From the human T2T-CHM13v2.0 reference genome, Homo sapiens: a DNA stretch of 64,000 nucleotides. A model generated the notes under the pieces. It did not search any database, was not told the DNA's origin, and worked only from the letters and a program-made list of their open reading frames with translations. Positions 30,647 to 45,790 of this stretch are shown piece after piece; position 1 is the first letter of the stretch; each line of letters opens with the position of its first letter. A program made the position numbers and the translations under genes. Location of the stretch: the NCBI RefSeq assembly GCF_009914755.1, contig NC_060940.1; one strand, written 5' to 3'.

Positions 30647-31653
30647 CTATGGTACAAAAAAAATCCAGACAATGAAATTATTTAATGCTACTATTCCTTA
30701 GAAACACACACATGCCAGTGTTTAATTCCAGCAGAATGATGAAATCATAAGCCTAGATTCCCCAGTTTCCTGGTAACCAAAACTGGTGGCTTTTAGTCGG
30801 TCTATACCATTGGGCCCTCCTGAACCTTACAAGACAAGGGTACCATGGAACACATCATGAGGGAGATACTGTGCAGCATAAACTGAGTTATAAAATAAGT
30901 CAAGCAAAAACCTATCTTAAAATCTGAGACTGGTAGAGAGGGCTCTTACAGATCATCTAGTTTAAATCTATTTTCCAGAGAGAAATCGAGATTCAGAGAT
31001 ATAAGTTGTTCAAGGCCAGAGGTAAAAACAAGTCCCTTTACCCCCAGCCAATGCTCTTTCCATTACAAACCATTACGAAAGCAAAAATCAGTTTCAGTGG
31101 CTCCAAAGGTGACAGGTTCACACATTTGAATGTAAGGAAAGTAACACTTGCAGTCTTCCTACAGAACAGACTGAAAATGAGCTCATTAAGTCTGACCCTC
31201 AGGGCATTATCCCATTTGCAAAAGCAAGGGTGTCAAACGTGCTAATAGCAACCTCCAACCAGGTGCTGATGTGGAGGAACAAAGTGAGAAGTCTTTGTAG
31301 GATCCTAGTAGTACAATGAAGACCACTGCACTAGTTAACTTTCTCAAGGGCTCTGAGACTCTATTTCATGCAAAGTCCAGGCAACACAATCTCCAACAGC
31401 TACTCCTTCCCCTATGCATTCAGGTTCAACTTGTGGCTCCAAACCCTGATATCTCCACTCAAATGCTCACTACCTGAAAGACTCCTTTGGTTTTGCTGGT
31501 GGCTGTCTCACTGGACCACATATTTGGTGACAAGATCAAATATGAAAATAAATAATAACATGACCTTCTTGGATCAGTTTCTTTCCATTGCTGATCCACA
31601 TGGAAATCTAGACGTTTACAAGGGCATACATGGAGGTGCCCAAGAAATAACTA

Positions 31654-31910
<257 letters not shown>

Positions 31911-32111
31911 GTAACTTAAAAAGCCAGGCAAATTCCAACTTCACGACCCAAAGGGTAGCTCTGGAACTAGACAGGACCAACCTCAGAAAACAAAATGACC
32001 AAGTCCTGTCTCTACCTCATACTTGGCAATACTGACAATATCCACGACATGAAGTGAACCAGGAGAATAACCAGGAAAAACAATGAATAAGCCACATGGA
32101 AATGATACGGC

Positions 32112-32495
<384 letters not shown>

Positions 32496-33207
32496 TCAAG
32501 TCAATCACCAAGGTTATCCCTCCTTGGTTCAAAACTATCCACTAGCCCCCTCAAAAGAGCACAGCTCATCAGATGCATATGGAAGTGCCTTTGGGAAAGG
32601 TTACCACATAAATCCAAGTATTATGGCTCCGTCAAAGTACTTTCTAATTATACATATAAACTTCATGCATGTGAATTGAGGACTTGCTATATGCTCAAGG
32701 CTGGGGGAAAGGTGAGCAGACACACCCTGTATAACCTGAAGCACCACCTTTCACATCCATTCCTGCAGGCCCCACTGCGAGGGCTTGTGCACTGCCCACA
32801 GGCCGCCCATGACCTGGCCTCTGATAGTTGCTGTGGACATGGTTCATTCCGGTCATCAAGATGATGGGCTGGCTCCATTTTTGAAGTCGCCTAACTTTTC
32901 AAAACCTTCACAGACCCATTTTTAAAATGGACCTAGACCCCAATTTACTTTTCAGATTCCAGGGCTACAAATCCAGGTTTCTTTAAGAAACTAATGATAC
33001 CATTCTATCTTCCAAGTGGTTTACAGTGTTTAGTTTTCATTTGCATTGGTCTATGTGATCTTCATAAGTCTTGGAAAGTGAACAAATATTTTGCATCTTC
33101 CCCTTTTACAGATAAAGAAACCAAGGCTCAAAAGTCAAGTCCAGTCGTATCTTGCCCAAGGTAACAAGACAATTAAGGAACAAAATCAGAACTAGAAAGT
33201 GGATCTT

Positions 33208-33525
33208 GGCCAGGCACGGTGGTTCACACCTGTAATCCCAGCACTTTGGGAGGCTGAGTCAAGTGGATCACCTAAGGTCAGGAATTCGAGACCAGCCTGG
33301 TCAACACGGTGAAACCCTATCTCTACTAAAAATACAAAAAATTAGCCGGGTGGGATGGTGCTTGCCTGTAATCCCAGCTACTCAGGAGGCTGAGAGGTAG
33401 AACTGCTTGAACCCAGGAGGCAGAGGTTGCAGTAAGTCAAGATCGCACCATCGCACTCCAGCGTGGGCGACAAGAGTGAAACTCTGTCTCCAAAAAAAAA
33501 GAAAATAAAAAAAAAAAAAAACAAA
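33208..33525 (+). mobile_element. AluS
   Basis: Full Alu; TSD-like gtggatctt. Confidence 0.9.
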
Positions 33526-33887
33526 AGGAAGGTGGATCTTAAGGCTCTGTGGTCCACAGCCCTCCCCCCCAGGGTATACCATCTCAGGCACAGTTTCAGG
33601 AAGAAGGGGCAAAATGAAAAACACAAGAACAAGAAGGAAGTGGTGAGGACGCACTAAGCTTAGGAGCATTAAGACAGAGACATAGGTTTATAGACAGCCA
33701 GGAGGCTCAGCAAGCAAAGCAAGGCAGGAGGCAGCAGACACCTGCTGAGCACTGCTACCTGGAGGCGCTGGCGGCAGGGCATTTACAGAAAAATGCAGGA
33801 AAAGAAACAGAAAAGGAGAAACGGTTAAAGAAGATACTAGCACCATCTTCTGTCTTATGACTGTTCTTCGAAATTATGTTCATCAGT

Positions 33888-34243
33888 ACAGTCATGTACC
33901 ATATAACAACATTTCCATCAACAATAGACTGCATGTGTGACAGTGGCCCAATTCAAGATAACCCCTGTATTTTTATTCTACCTTTTCTATGTTTAGATAC
34001 AAATCCCTACCCTTGTGTTACAGCTGCCTACAGTATTCTACACAGTAGAATAGTAGAGTAGTACTCTACACAGTAACACACTGCACAGGTTTGTGGCCTA
34101 CACCACCTAGCCTACTTGTGTGATGGACTCTCCCATCTAGGCTTGCGTAAGTGCACTCTATGATGTACACACAACGATGACATCACCTAACACATTCATC
34201 AGAACACATCCCTGTCAATTAAGGGACGCAACACACGACTGTA
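33888..34243 (+). mobile_element. Tigger3/Golem-type MITE
   Basis: ta-cagtcatgtaccatataacaac ... cacgactg-ta termini with TA duplications. Confidence 0.7.
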
Positions 34244-35689
34244 CTAAAATTTGTGAATTTTAGAAACAACAGGCAAGAATATTAAATATATTTATATAAC
34301 CCTCTAGACGAGAGAAAGACACATTTTCCCACATTACAGGTAATAAAGCTATGAGAGAGTAAGATCATACTTGTTAGTGAACAGATGAGAACTTAAAGCT
34401 GTCTCTTGAGATCATTTAATTTCTTATTCTTAAGTCTTATTCCAAAGACCTCCCCTATAAGCAGGCCTTGGTCCTAGAGTGCACCTTGCCACCTTTTCAC
34501 CATTCTACCTCCCCAGCAAAGGGCTGTCTGCCCTGGTTTACCCACAGTAAGCTGGGACAGTGTACCTTTCAGGTTCCTGTCCCTCTACCTAATGCTCAGA
34601 ATCTGATTCTGTCTGGACGTCAAAGACATACCTACTCCCACAGGTGGCCAGCCTGCTCCCAGAAAGGAAGGTCCTCATACAGGAGACAGGAGAGCAGAAA
34701 GGAGCTCATCTGACGATTCCAGGTACAGAGAGGAGGAAAGAAGCTTGTGGTTTGCTTCATGAGCATACTTTTTCCCCAATTACTTTCCCAATATATAAAT
34801 ATAATATATAAATATATAAAACCACCATTTTCAATTCGATGACACATAGGAGTCTACTGAAAGAATCATAAAAAATAAGCCAGGGGAAAGGCCTGAAGAT
34901 GTCCACTGCAGTCTATTTTCTTAGGTGAGGAAACTGAAATCTAAGTAAATTTAAGGTTTCTCCAAGGACACAGAACTAATAGAAATAAGCAGACCTCAAA
35001 CACAAAACTTTTGGGTCCAATCCAAAGAATCAGGCATAAGACATGCCTACTTTAAAAGATGTTTCACTTTCTTCTATACTATACACACCAGAAGACCCCA
35101 TTTTACATAGAGAGTGAAATGTCAAGACATTGTCATTCCATCTCCCCCAAGTAAGCCTCCTGTTTCTGGCCTCAGAACTGGCTCCTCAGCTCCCTCATTT
35201 CTGTTACGCTATTTAACACTCACTCAACATTCTCTCAAATCCTCTTTTTTCATGGTCTCCTTTAAAATTCCTCTGGATGTCCCAAAACTGTTCCACCTCT
35301 GATGCTTCTCCCCTACATCCTCACCCTCCTGCAGTCACTTCAAGTTCTCCTGAGGACTATGACCTCGGCACGGCTCTCCTCATGCTCTGCACGCACTTGC
35401 CCCTCTACCTGACACCTCTGAGCTTCTTCAAGTTTTGGCCTTCCCTCCCCTGCTCCCAGGACTGGCTCATCCTTACCACTGGGTCCTCTTCTATTTTCAC
35501 ATGCCAAGATCTTCCTTGAGAAAGGACAGCTTTCCCAACAAACCCCTGCTCCAAGTCATATACACAACCCTCCTAGCCTAGACCCTTGCCTTTCCTCTAG
35601 ACACATTAAGCTACAACACTAGTGGTTAAAAAAAAAAAAAAAAAAAAAAAGGCTACTTCTAAAATCAAATGTCCTCAGTGACCCATTAG

Positions 35690-36500
35690 TTTCATCCCTG
35701 GTACATATCAACTAAAACAGCTATCTGTGTACATCCAAAAGCACGTACAAGAATGTTCACTGCAAGATCAGTAAGCACTGGAAGCAGCCAAATCAGCAGG
35801 GGAGTGAACTTGCAAACAATGACTTAACAACAGCACAACGAAAATCAACACATGACTGCCACACACAACGCAAACGAAGCTCACAAACACGATGGCCAAT
35901 AAAAACACAGATAAAACATACATTATGTGCTTTCATTCAGAGAAGCTCTAAAACAGGCGAAACTAGTCTGTGGTATTAAGGTCAGGCCTGGGGTTACTTC
36001 TGGGGAGAAACGAGGGGAAGTGATTGGAAAGGACATGAGGAGATTTCCTGGTTGCTGGCAACAATGTACTTCTTGACTTAGGTGATGGTTACATGCATAT
36101 GTCAATTTGGGGAAAACTCATCTAACTACACCTAAGATTTATGCACTTTTCTGTATGTGTGTCATACTTCAATAAAAAGCTTATTTTAAAAACACACAGC
36201 TGGGCACGGTAGCTCACGCCTGTAACACTGGCACTTCAGGAGGCCCAGACAGGAGGCTCACTTGAGGCCAGGTGTTCAAAGTCAGCCTCGTCAACATAGC
36301 AAGACCCAATGTCTACCAAAAACTTTAAAAACTAAGATAAAACACACACCAACAGGCACGGGGGATAGGATGTGATAGAAATATCTAAAATTGTACTGTG
36401 GTGATGTTTGGACAGCTCCATGAATTCACTGAACATCACTGAGTTATACAATTACAATGAGTGAATTTCATGGTATATAAAATTATACCTCAATAAAGCC
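35690..36500 (+). mobile_element. L1ME 3' fragments plus FLAM (about 36198-36330)
   Basis: L1M 3'UTR motifs (ggtgatggttacatg, tacctcaataaagc). Confidence 0.6.
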
Positions 36501-36525
36501 ACATATATAATTTTATATATTTTTT

Positions 36526-36552
36526 ATGTGTGTGTGTGTGTACACACACATA
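36526..36552. repeat. (TG)n(CA)n self-complementary microsatellite
   Basis: atgtgtgtgtgtgtgtacacacacata. Confidence 0.8.
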
Positions 36553-36814
36553 CTAGAATGACTAGGGTCACTAGAATGTAAGTAAACTCAATGCAGGCAA
36601 AGACTGCTTGTGAAGGTTGTATGTCTAAATCCTGGAATACAATAGGAGCTCAAAAAATATTTGTGAGGGGGAGAAAAACTTGGACACTACCAAAACTTAA
36701 CTCTTGAGAGCTTCACTATATATAATCTTCTTGAAGGAGGTTTCAGTGGCAGTTACAGAACAGAACTAAAGGCCTTAATTTCAGACTTTTCCTTTCTTTT
36801 GCTTTGTTCACATA

Positions 36815-37010
36815 ATAGTGGTCAAGAGCCCTGACTCTGGGTTCAGATCCCAGCTCCACCACTTACTAACTGTATGACTCTAAGCAAGTTACTCTTTGTG
36901 CCTCAGTCTCTTTACCTGCAAAACAGAGATGACAATGGTAATAGAACCTACTTCACAGGGATGTTAGGAAGATTAAACCTGTGACTCTTCACATAATAAG
37001 CATTATATTA
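36815..37010 (+). mobile_element. MIR
   Basis: ctgggttcagatcccagctccaccacttactaactg. Confidence 0.7.
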
Positions 37011-37110
37011 ATGTTTGGAAAATAAAGTTGAAAGAAAAAGTTCTTTCTTCTCAAAGTAACAAGGTAATAAACCTTTTCTCTGGAAGGGAAGGATGACTTT
37101 GGTGCTTTAC

Positions 37111-37237
37111 CTGATGAAATGTGTACTTGAACAAAAGTGTCAAAAACTCCACCACAGGGAACTGGGAGTAAGACTCGATTCTTCTTAGGTGAACACTCAC
37201 AAAGAGCCGAAGAAAGTCAGTAAACTTCTCGATATAG
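37111..37237 (-). CDS. XPO6: Exportin-6 coding exon (probable exon 8, 127 nt; SYIEKFTDFLRLFVSVHLRRIES...KYTFHQ)
   Basis: Acceptor ctcatttag|CT, donor CAG|gtaaag; ORF 37051..37302; phase 2->0. Confidence 0.97.
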
Positions 37238-37804
37238 CTAAATGAGACAAGACAAAAGGTGACAATAAGAAACCCAGCCACCTCCTTAGAACTTAAATTC
37301 AATCCAAAGTTCTTTCAGTACAGAACTATACAAATTTGTAATATATTTTCTTTTAAAAATATAAAGGCCTGCAACAATTACCTACAGGACAGGCAACCCT
37401 TCATTCCATTAACCACCTGAAACATAGCAGAAAAGCAACTTTAATCCTCAGACACTGTCTGCTAAGGCTTCTTATAATCTAGTGCGCTCACATTTTCTAA
37501 GTCATTTGTGTTGTGACCCAATTAAAGTGAAGGGAAATGATAAAAAGTTGATGGGCAGATCACTGTGTCATTTCAATCTGGCAAGTCTAGAAGGCTGGTT
37601 TTCTTTCCGGGAGGCCAAAATACTAAAGTGAATGGTGCTAAAGACACAAAAACAAAACCAGGCTACGAAGGGCATGGCATCCAGGTAAGATGTACTCAGG
37701 CTTGCAACTTAATGGCCATTTTTCCCCCTTTGGTTCCTGGTGCTAATTAAACACAGCACAACCCAATACTCTAAAAGTGATTTCAAATATAAGGGAGGAA
37801 GGCT

Positions 37805-37955
37805 ATTAGAACTGGGCAAGCCTCAGGGACTTTAGTCTGATGCTTCCGTTTTGCAGATGAAGCCCAGAGAGGTAAAGTGACCAGCCCAAAGTCACTCAGC
37901 CAACTCATGGCAGAACAGGACTATCATCCACTCCCAATCCAGTGCTCTTTCTTTT
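37805..37955 (-). mobile_element. MIR (the only repeat I recognise in intron 7)
   Basis: tttgcagatgaagcccagagaggtaaagtgaccagcccaaagtcac. Confidence 0.65.
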
Positions 37956-40526
37956 CACTTCACAGTGAATCCCCAACTCATTTGTATTCACAAAATCATT
38001 TCACAGAAGAGTATGGGTCACAGCTGCAAGGATAAGAGACCTCTGTTATTAAATACACAGCACATCATCACTCTCACATTTCAGAAACTGTCATTTTAAG
38101 CCCCTAAATACCAAAAGGTGATTAGAAAATGAGATGGCCATACCTTCATAAATCACATTTCAGAGACCAACACAAAAAGGTAAAGACATACTAGGCCTTA
38201 GCTGAAAATGAAATAATGGCTAAAAGCAATTCTGAAGCTCATTACTGCAAAAGCTATTTTTCAAAACAGAGATATGTGAAATAATAAAAGCAGAGAAAAC
38301 TACTACTCAGAAAAGCAAAACTGGCCCGGAAATAAAATGTCCCATGTTGCTCCTGGGACCTATCTCCCTGAGGGTGGCCAGCCTGCCTGCCTGACCTCTA
38401 TGCGGCCGAGCTTATTTGCAGCTTTTTAAAAAATACATATTAATTTGTTTTGATAAAGAGAATGGCTGTCTCTGTGGATCATGGGGCCAAGTACTCGAAA
38501 AACAGTAAGGCACTAAAATCAACTGTTTTTAGAGACAGGAACATACAAAGACACTTCTCTCTGGTGTCATCAATCACTAATACTCAAGAGTAGGAACTCC
38601 TTCCTCACTCACTTATGTACCGCATGATAGTTTTACATGGATATTCAAAGTCACCACCCAGCTGACTGTTCTTTAGGAAGGTGCACTCAATTCCCTACTA
38701 CCCATTTAAAAAAAAAAAAAAAAAAAAAAAAAGCCATGAGCTAAATACAGAACAATCTCAATTTTACTTTAGTATCTAACCCAATTTTTTAAAAATACAA
38801 ACAAGGCTGTTCAGTAGCTAAAACTACAGATTTTATTTCACCTCATTTTCTTTCCCTTGCCCACCTTCTGGTACAGGTGCTAATGAACAGTAGAAAGTTA
38901 GGGGAAAAGGCAGTAGAGGGAAAGAGAAGCCAAGGATCTGGTTAGCAGCTCCTAAACAACTGAGAATGGACTGAGCTGTTTAGAATTAGTGGTAGGGGAC
39001 CCAGAGCCAGGAAGCAAGCACACAGCATTATTTATGTCACCTTTCTGCTCCCAGGCACCTCTCAGCTTTCACAGGGCAATAGGAAGCACAGGATTAAAAT
39101 GTAAAACCAAGAGCACAAAAGTTACACGTAACAACATCAGTACATAGACAATCCATAATGACATTTCTATACCATCCAAATGGAAGCCACAACAAAGTTG
39201 TCTGTGACTACATTATGATTAAAGTCAAAACAACTGATATTTGATAGTTGATACAAGCAGCTAGATTTTTAAATTAACATATGAAGAGATAGACATGAGA
39301 CACACAGATCATTAAAAAAAAGGTAATACAGCCTTTCTTAACCACAGACAGAAAGAATATGAAAGTGTGAATAATGATGCCTTTGAATTCATATGGAAAG
39401 CTATCACCAAATAATTTTTAAGAACATATTACCATATCAGATTGTGTTCTTATACAGAGCAAACATCACGGTTTTACAATAAACCAAACCAAAATAATCT
39501 TATGTACCAATTTTTTAATTTTAGAAATATTTTACAAAACTGCCCAATTTAAAAAGCACTACAACTTTCAACTTTATGCACTTGATTTTATATTCTGCTA
39601 TTTACTCTAAGGAAAAGAAAATAGCTTAATTCTATATAGCTTAATAACAAAGGACAATCTAAGGAAAACTGAGAATATTAGCAACTTTTGCTGCCATGTC
39701 ATCTGTAAATATTTACTAATTCGATACGATTTATTGCTTGAAAGTCCCTAAACCGTCAATCTGATTGTTCATAATATAAGTTTCCAAATTCCCTCCTGTT
39801 TTCATACAGCAGCAGTTGTAAGATACATAAATGACCTCATCTGCAAGAGACATAAATCATGAAACCCTGCCTCAGAGTACTGTGATGGAGTCGTCTTTTA
39901 GAGTGCTTTTAAAAAAAAAAAAAAGTAGGTCATTGTAGGCTCCACTTGAGAGGACAATAACAAAGAAACACAGCTGTGTGCTACATTAACCTGTGCACAC
40001 ATTAACATCCCTCCTATAGTTTGATGAAAACTTGCCATTGGTGTAAAACTCACAATAACAACAACATTCCTGAATACTGCAGGATGTTCACTTGGGAAAA
40101 GTCAAATAGTAAAAACTGACACCAAGTGACAAAAGGCGATTATAACTCCTGTACCTCCACGGACCTCTTCTCCTGTTCTTGGCTACGCAGGAGCAGCAGT
40201 CTCAGTCCCTGCACCACCTCAGACCTGCAAGCAAATAGTAAGGAAAAGGGGGCAAGAGGAGTAGAAGGGAGGACAGGAGATGGATGGGGAGAAAAGACAA
40301 CAAACCTACACAAGGCACAAGCATTTTTCAAACTCAGTCACTTCCCTTAACCACCCAAGCCCTTCCAGCTAATCTCAGACTTACTGGCACACACCTACCT
40401 TTCTGTTCCTCACCAGGAGCCCCATATTCTGAAATCAAAGAGGATTACAGATGCCATGCAGCACAGCATGGTAAACAGTCAGGGCCCTTTCTTGGGGCAC
40501 ACCAGCTCCACACTTGGTTTCATTAC

Positions 40527-40980
40527 CTCTCATCGAGCTCTTCTAGCCTGCTCTTCACTGTGTGGGCATTGTTATCCTTGGTGATTTTCTGCAGGAGGTA
40601 GAAAGTCTGCTGGAACATACGCAGTAAATACTCCTCAAATTCCATAGGCACACAGTTCTTGGACATGAGTTCATTGATGCAGGACATGGCCAGGACCCCC
40701 AGCCGGCCGCGCTCCTGACCCGAGACACAGTTCTGGCTGCTGCCGTTAACTGACGCCATCTTTCTGGCCCGGATGTCACAGCCAAATCGTGCAAAGTGGA
40801 AGATGGTGGTAAGGAGGGATGGGGTGATGCTGGCAGACAGAGGAATCCAACTGAAGAGATGGGCCAGGCACTCCAAAGCCAGGGAACAGATATACTCACT
40901 CTCCACATCAAGGATGGGAATTGGCTGATTCAACAGTTTGGCTGAACTGGGACTCTGCAACAGGTTACTCAGTAAGTCAC
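40527..40980 (-). CDS. XPO6: Exportin-6 coding exon (probable exon 7, 454 nt; GDLLSNLLQSPSS...SRLEELDE)
   Basis: Acceptor ttattttcag|GT, donor GAG|gtaatg; ORF 40523..40960; phase 1->2. Confidence 0.97.
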
Positions 40981-41627
40981 CTGAAAATAAGAAAGGCTTT
41001 TAAGCTATCCAGCATCAAATCTCTTACAAATGACTTTAAGTAATTATCCTTCAAAAAAATATATATATATATGTATACATATATGTATCAGTTTAGTTAC
41101 CTATGAAATAAAAAAATAAAATCTATATGCTCAAAGTTAAACACTAATTAGGAAATTTTAACAGTACAGCAAAAATAAGATAATTGATTATGATTCTTAG
41201 TGAGGGGGATCTGGATACAATCTTTAGTGTTTTGACTCAAATTTAGTTTTAGTGAGATTTGTACAACAGCAGTTTCCCAGGAGACATAAGTGAAGAGAAG
41301 ATGGGATTATTCTCTGGCTGCAAAACCCCAAATCCACTCAAGTTTTTGTTTTCTTGCTACTGTTCCCCCAAATCATGACCTTGCTTTTGAAAAGCATGAT
41401 ACATGACCATTAAATAAATAAACAAATAAAAATCCCTAACACCACATACAAAGTTGGGCACCAAATGAAGTAAAGACTTAAACCAAAGATAAAACTTTAA
41501 AGTTAACAGAAGAAAATATAAGAGTATTTGAAATATAAGAGAGAAAAAGACTCCTTAAAACTACCAAAAAAGAAAACCTTAACAAAAAATACTGAGGAAT
41601 ATAACAAAATTAAGATTTTCTAATCAA

Positions 41628-41958
<331 letters not shown>

Positions 41959-43400
41959 TTAAGGGAAAGTTACCAGGCAGACAACAGACTGTGAGAAGAT
42001 ATTCACAATTTCTAACATCGAAAAGGACTAAAAACTAAAATCTATTTTTAAAATGCTACACATCAGTAAACACAACAACCCCAGTACAAAAACAGGCAGT
42101 TGATATGGAGAGACAATTTTCAGAGAAAGAAACTCCAAAGCATATGAAGAGATTTCAAATTCATTAGTAATCAGAAAAAGCAAATTAAAAGGAGTCTGAA
42201 AAAATGTTGGCAAATGCCAGACGTCAAGTACAAGGAATGGATGCAGGAACCTTCACAAGGCGGTGCAGGAAGAAGGGCCATTCTGAGGAGGACCTGGCAC
42301 TCTGGAGTCCTATTAAACATTCACATATCCTTTCACCTGACCATTCTCCTGGTATGCTCCCAAAGCAACCCTCACACGGGTCCATGAAGGGACAGGCGTG
42401 AGGGGGAGAGCTGGAGGCAGTCTGGCCTCCTCCTTGGCGGGAGAGGATAGGGAATGCAGAGTCAGGTATCATATCACACAGTGAGCAGAAGTAGAGGACT
42501 AAGGCACAGACGGGCAACAGCTTGGAGAGACCTTAAAAAGATACAGTTAAATTAAAAGTAAGAAACAGAATGACAGTTTTACTATACCACTTACATATTA
42601 AAATACATGGACACAAAACAGTAAGTTCTTACAAGAACATGTTACCAAACAGAAGACAGAGGTTATCTACATTAACATGGCTGTTGATTACGGGGAAGGG
42701 AGTCCACAAATTCAAAACTATTTTTAAAGGAATACTAAGATGTTCTTTTCCTTTTTCACTTTCATTATCTCCAAGTGTACAATGGAGCTTTCCAGAGGCT
42801 ACATCACATGGGATATTGCAACAGATGAAATGCAGAAGCTGCCTTTCACTAAGCCACATGTTAGAGATTTGCAAAACTGTAAAACAACACCACTCTTCTC
42901 AGTGAATTTTTCTGTTTGCTTTGAAAAATATAGTTATTTTTTATTAAAGCATATTATCTGTTAATATGTAATGGGTTCATCACAGATATTTTTAAATGAA
43001 TTAATGACTATTTGTACATTTTTCTCAGTTTTTCTATCAGCAGATATAACTTACAAAGTGTTTTGAGGACCTCAGTAATTTTTTAAGAGTCAAGGGACCC
43101 CAAGACCCAAAATTGGAGGACCACGGGGCTACTCTGTGGACCTGGACCAGTAATGTAATCAGGGAACTTGTCAGAAATACAAATCATCAGGCCCCATCCC
43201 ACACCTACTGGAGTAGAGCCTGAAGGGGTTGGGGCCCAGGAATCTGTGTTCTTATAAGCACTCCAAGTGATTCTTATGCTTGCTTGATTTTTGAAAGCAC
43301 TAGACTAAAGGAAATCAAACAAAATGAAACAGGGGAAAAAAAGCTATAAAATTATTTTAGAGAAGACAAAAGAAGAAAAATATTTAAAACTATAACAACA

Positions 43401-43715
43401 GGCCAGGAGCGGTGGCTCACACCTGTAATCCCAGCATTTCGGTAGGCTGAGGCGGGCAGATCACTTGAGCCCAGGAGTTCAAAACCAGCTTGGGCAACAT
43501 AGCGACACCCCGTCTCTACAAAAAATACAAAAATTAGCCAAGCATGGTGGCACATGCCTATAGGCCCAGCTACTCAGGAGGCTGAAGTGGGAGGATCGCT
43601 TGAGCCCGGGGAGGTCAAGGCTGCAGTGAGCTACGATTTTACCACTGCACTCCAGCCTGGGTGACAGAGCAAGACTCTGTCTTTAAAAAAAGAAAAAAGA
43701 AAAGAAGAAAAAAAA
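43401..43715 (+). mobile_element. AluJb
   Basis: Full Alu; TSD aaaactataacaa. Confidence 0.9.
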
Positions 43716-44346
43716 CTATAACAAGAAGAAAAATTTCCTGAAATTTGACATGACTCTACAACATGAAAGGGTTTTATCCTGTTCCAAGAAAAAAATGATG
43801 AAGAGTGATCAATACTAAGAATGTTTAAAATGAGGAAGCAGTGTAGGCAGAAAAAGTACAGATACAAAGGAGAAAACACCTCAGTCAGACTTCTCCACAG
43901 TAACATTCACAGCATGGGGACATTCTCTCAAACACGCAAAAACTCAGGTAACTCCACAAATTCTTCTCAAGGAGGATAACAGACAAAGAAACCACACAGA
44001 TAAAGAGATAAATCAAAATAAAGAATTAAGGAATGGAGAAGCTGTAGCAAAAGGACACACTGGCATCAAATTACATAGAGACTCAAGACTAAACAGACGT
44101 AGGAATTAAGAGGGTGCGCTAGCTAACTTTCCCATCTTTCACAAGGAAGAAGTCTCAAAATACATGGTCTAAAATTAAACATGGTGGCGGGGGGAGGTGA
44201 TACATAAAATTCAAACATGTAGTACAAAATTGATTTTTATCATTTTTTCTTAACCATAAAGGTATCTTTTAGAAATTAGTATTTCTTGTAGAAAAAGCAC
44301 CTCAAGGTCAGCAATTCCTTAAGTTTAACAATTTTTGTTACGTTTA

Positions 44347-44970
<624 letters not shown>

Positions 44971-45139
44971 TCAAGTAAAACTAAAATTTAAATGTTATTA
45001 AAAAATATATAATCTGATGCCATTTTTGTCTTTTTATCTGTCTTATCTCTGTGTAGAGATGTCTGGAGTGATCAAATATTATTTGATGTTCTTTCTATGT
45101 AAGATACTGGGTAAATGTTTACATTTTATTTTGTACTTT

Positions 45140-45790
45140 ACAGCACTAGGTCTCAAATGTTTGGGTTTCAGAAGTCCTCACTCTTAAAAATTACTAAGCA
45201 TCCCGAAGAGAAAGCTCTTAGGAGCATTACTTCTATTGATATTTGCCATATTAGAAATTAAAGCTGAGAAGTGTTTAAATATTTAATTCATTTAATTACA
45301 AAGCCATCATGTTAGCATAACATTTTTAAATGAAAAAAACTGTATTTTACCCAAAAATAGTGAGAAAGGTAGTACAGTTTTTCTATTTTTGAAATCTCTT
45401 TAGTGGCTGGTTTAAAAGATAACTAGACTCTCCCAACTGCTTCTGCCTTCACTCTTTTGCAATAGATTGTTTTCACTGAAGTATGTGAAGAAAATGCAAC
45501 TCCACACAGATATGCAACTACAAATGAACAAAGGGCTTTAGTGGCCTTTTCAAATAACTGTGTCTATTCTATCATATTAGATTAAAGTCTGATGAATAGT
45601 CATTTCTGAAGGGTTAACTGCAATGTGGAATCTGGAATTAACTTTTTTATTCATATACTCATGAGAGAATGGGAATAAAAATGACAAACAATGTCTTAGT
45701 ATTTTTATGAACACATACCTGGCCTTTGGGACTCCCTAAAAGGGTTTGGGGGACTTCCAGGGGTCCCCAGACTTATTGAGAGCTGAGGTC
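45140..45790. mobile_element. hAT-Charlie DNA transposon fragment
   Basis: Charlie1-like termini (ctcaaatgtttgggtttcag ... ggggtccccagac) by recognition. Confidence 0.5.
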
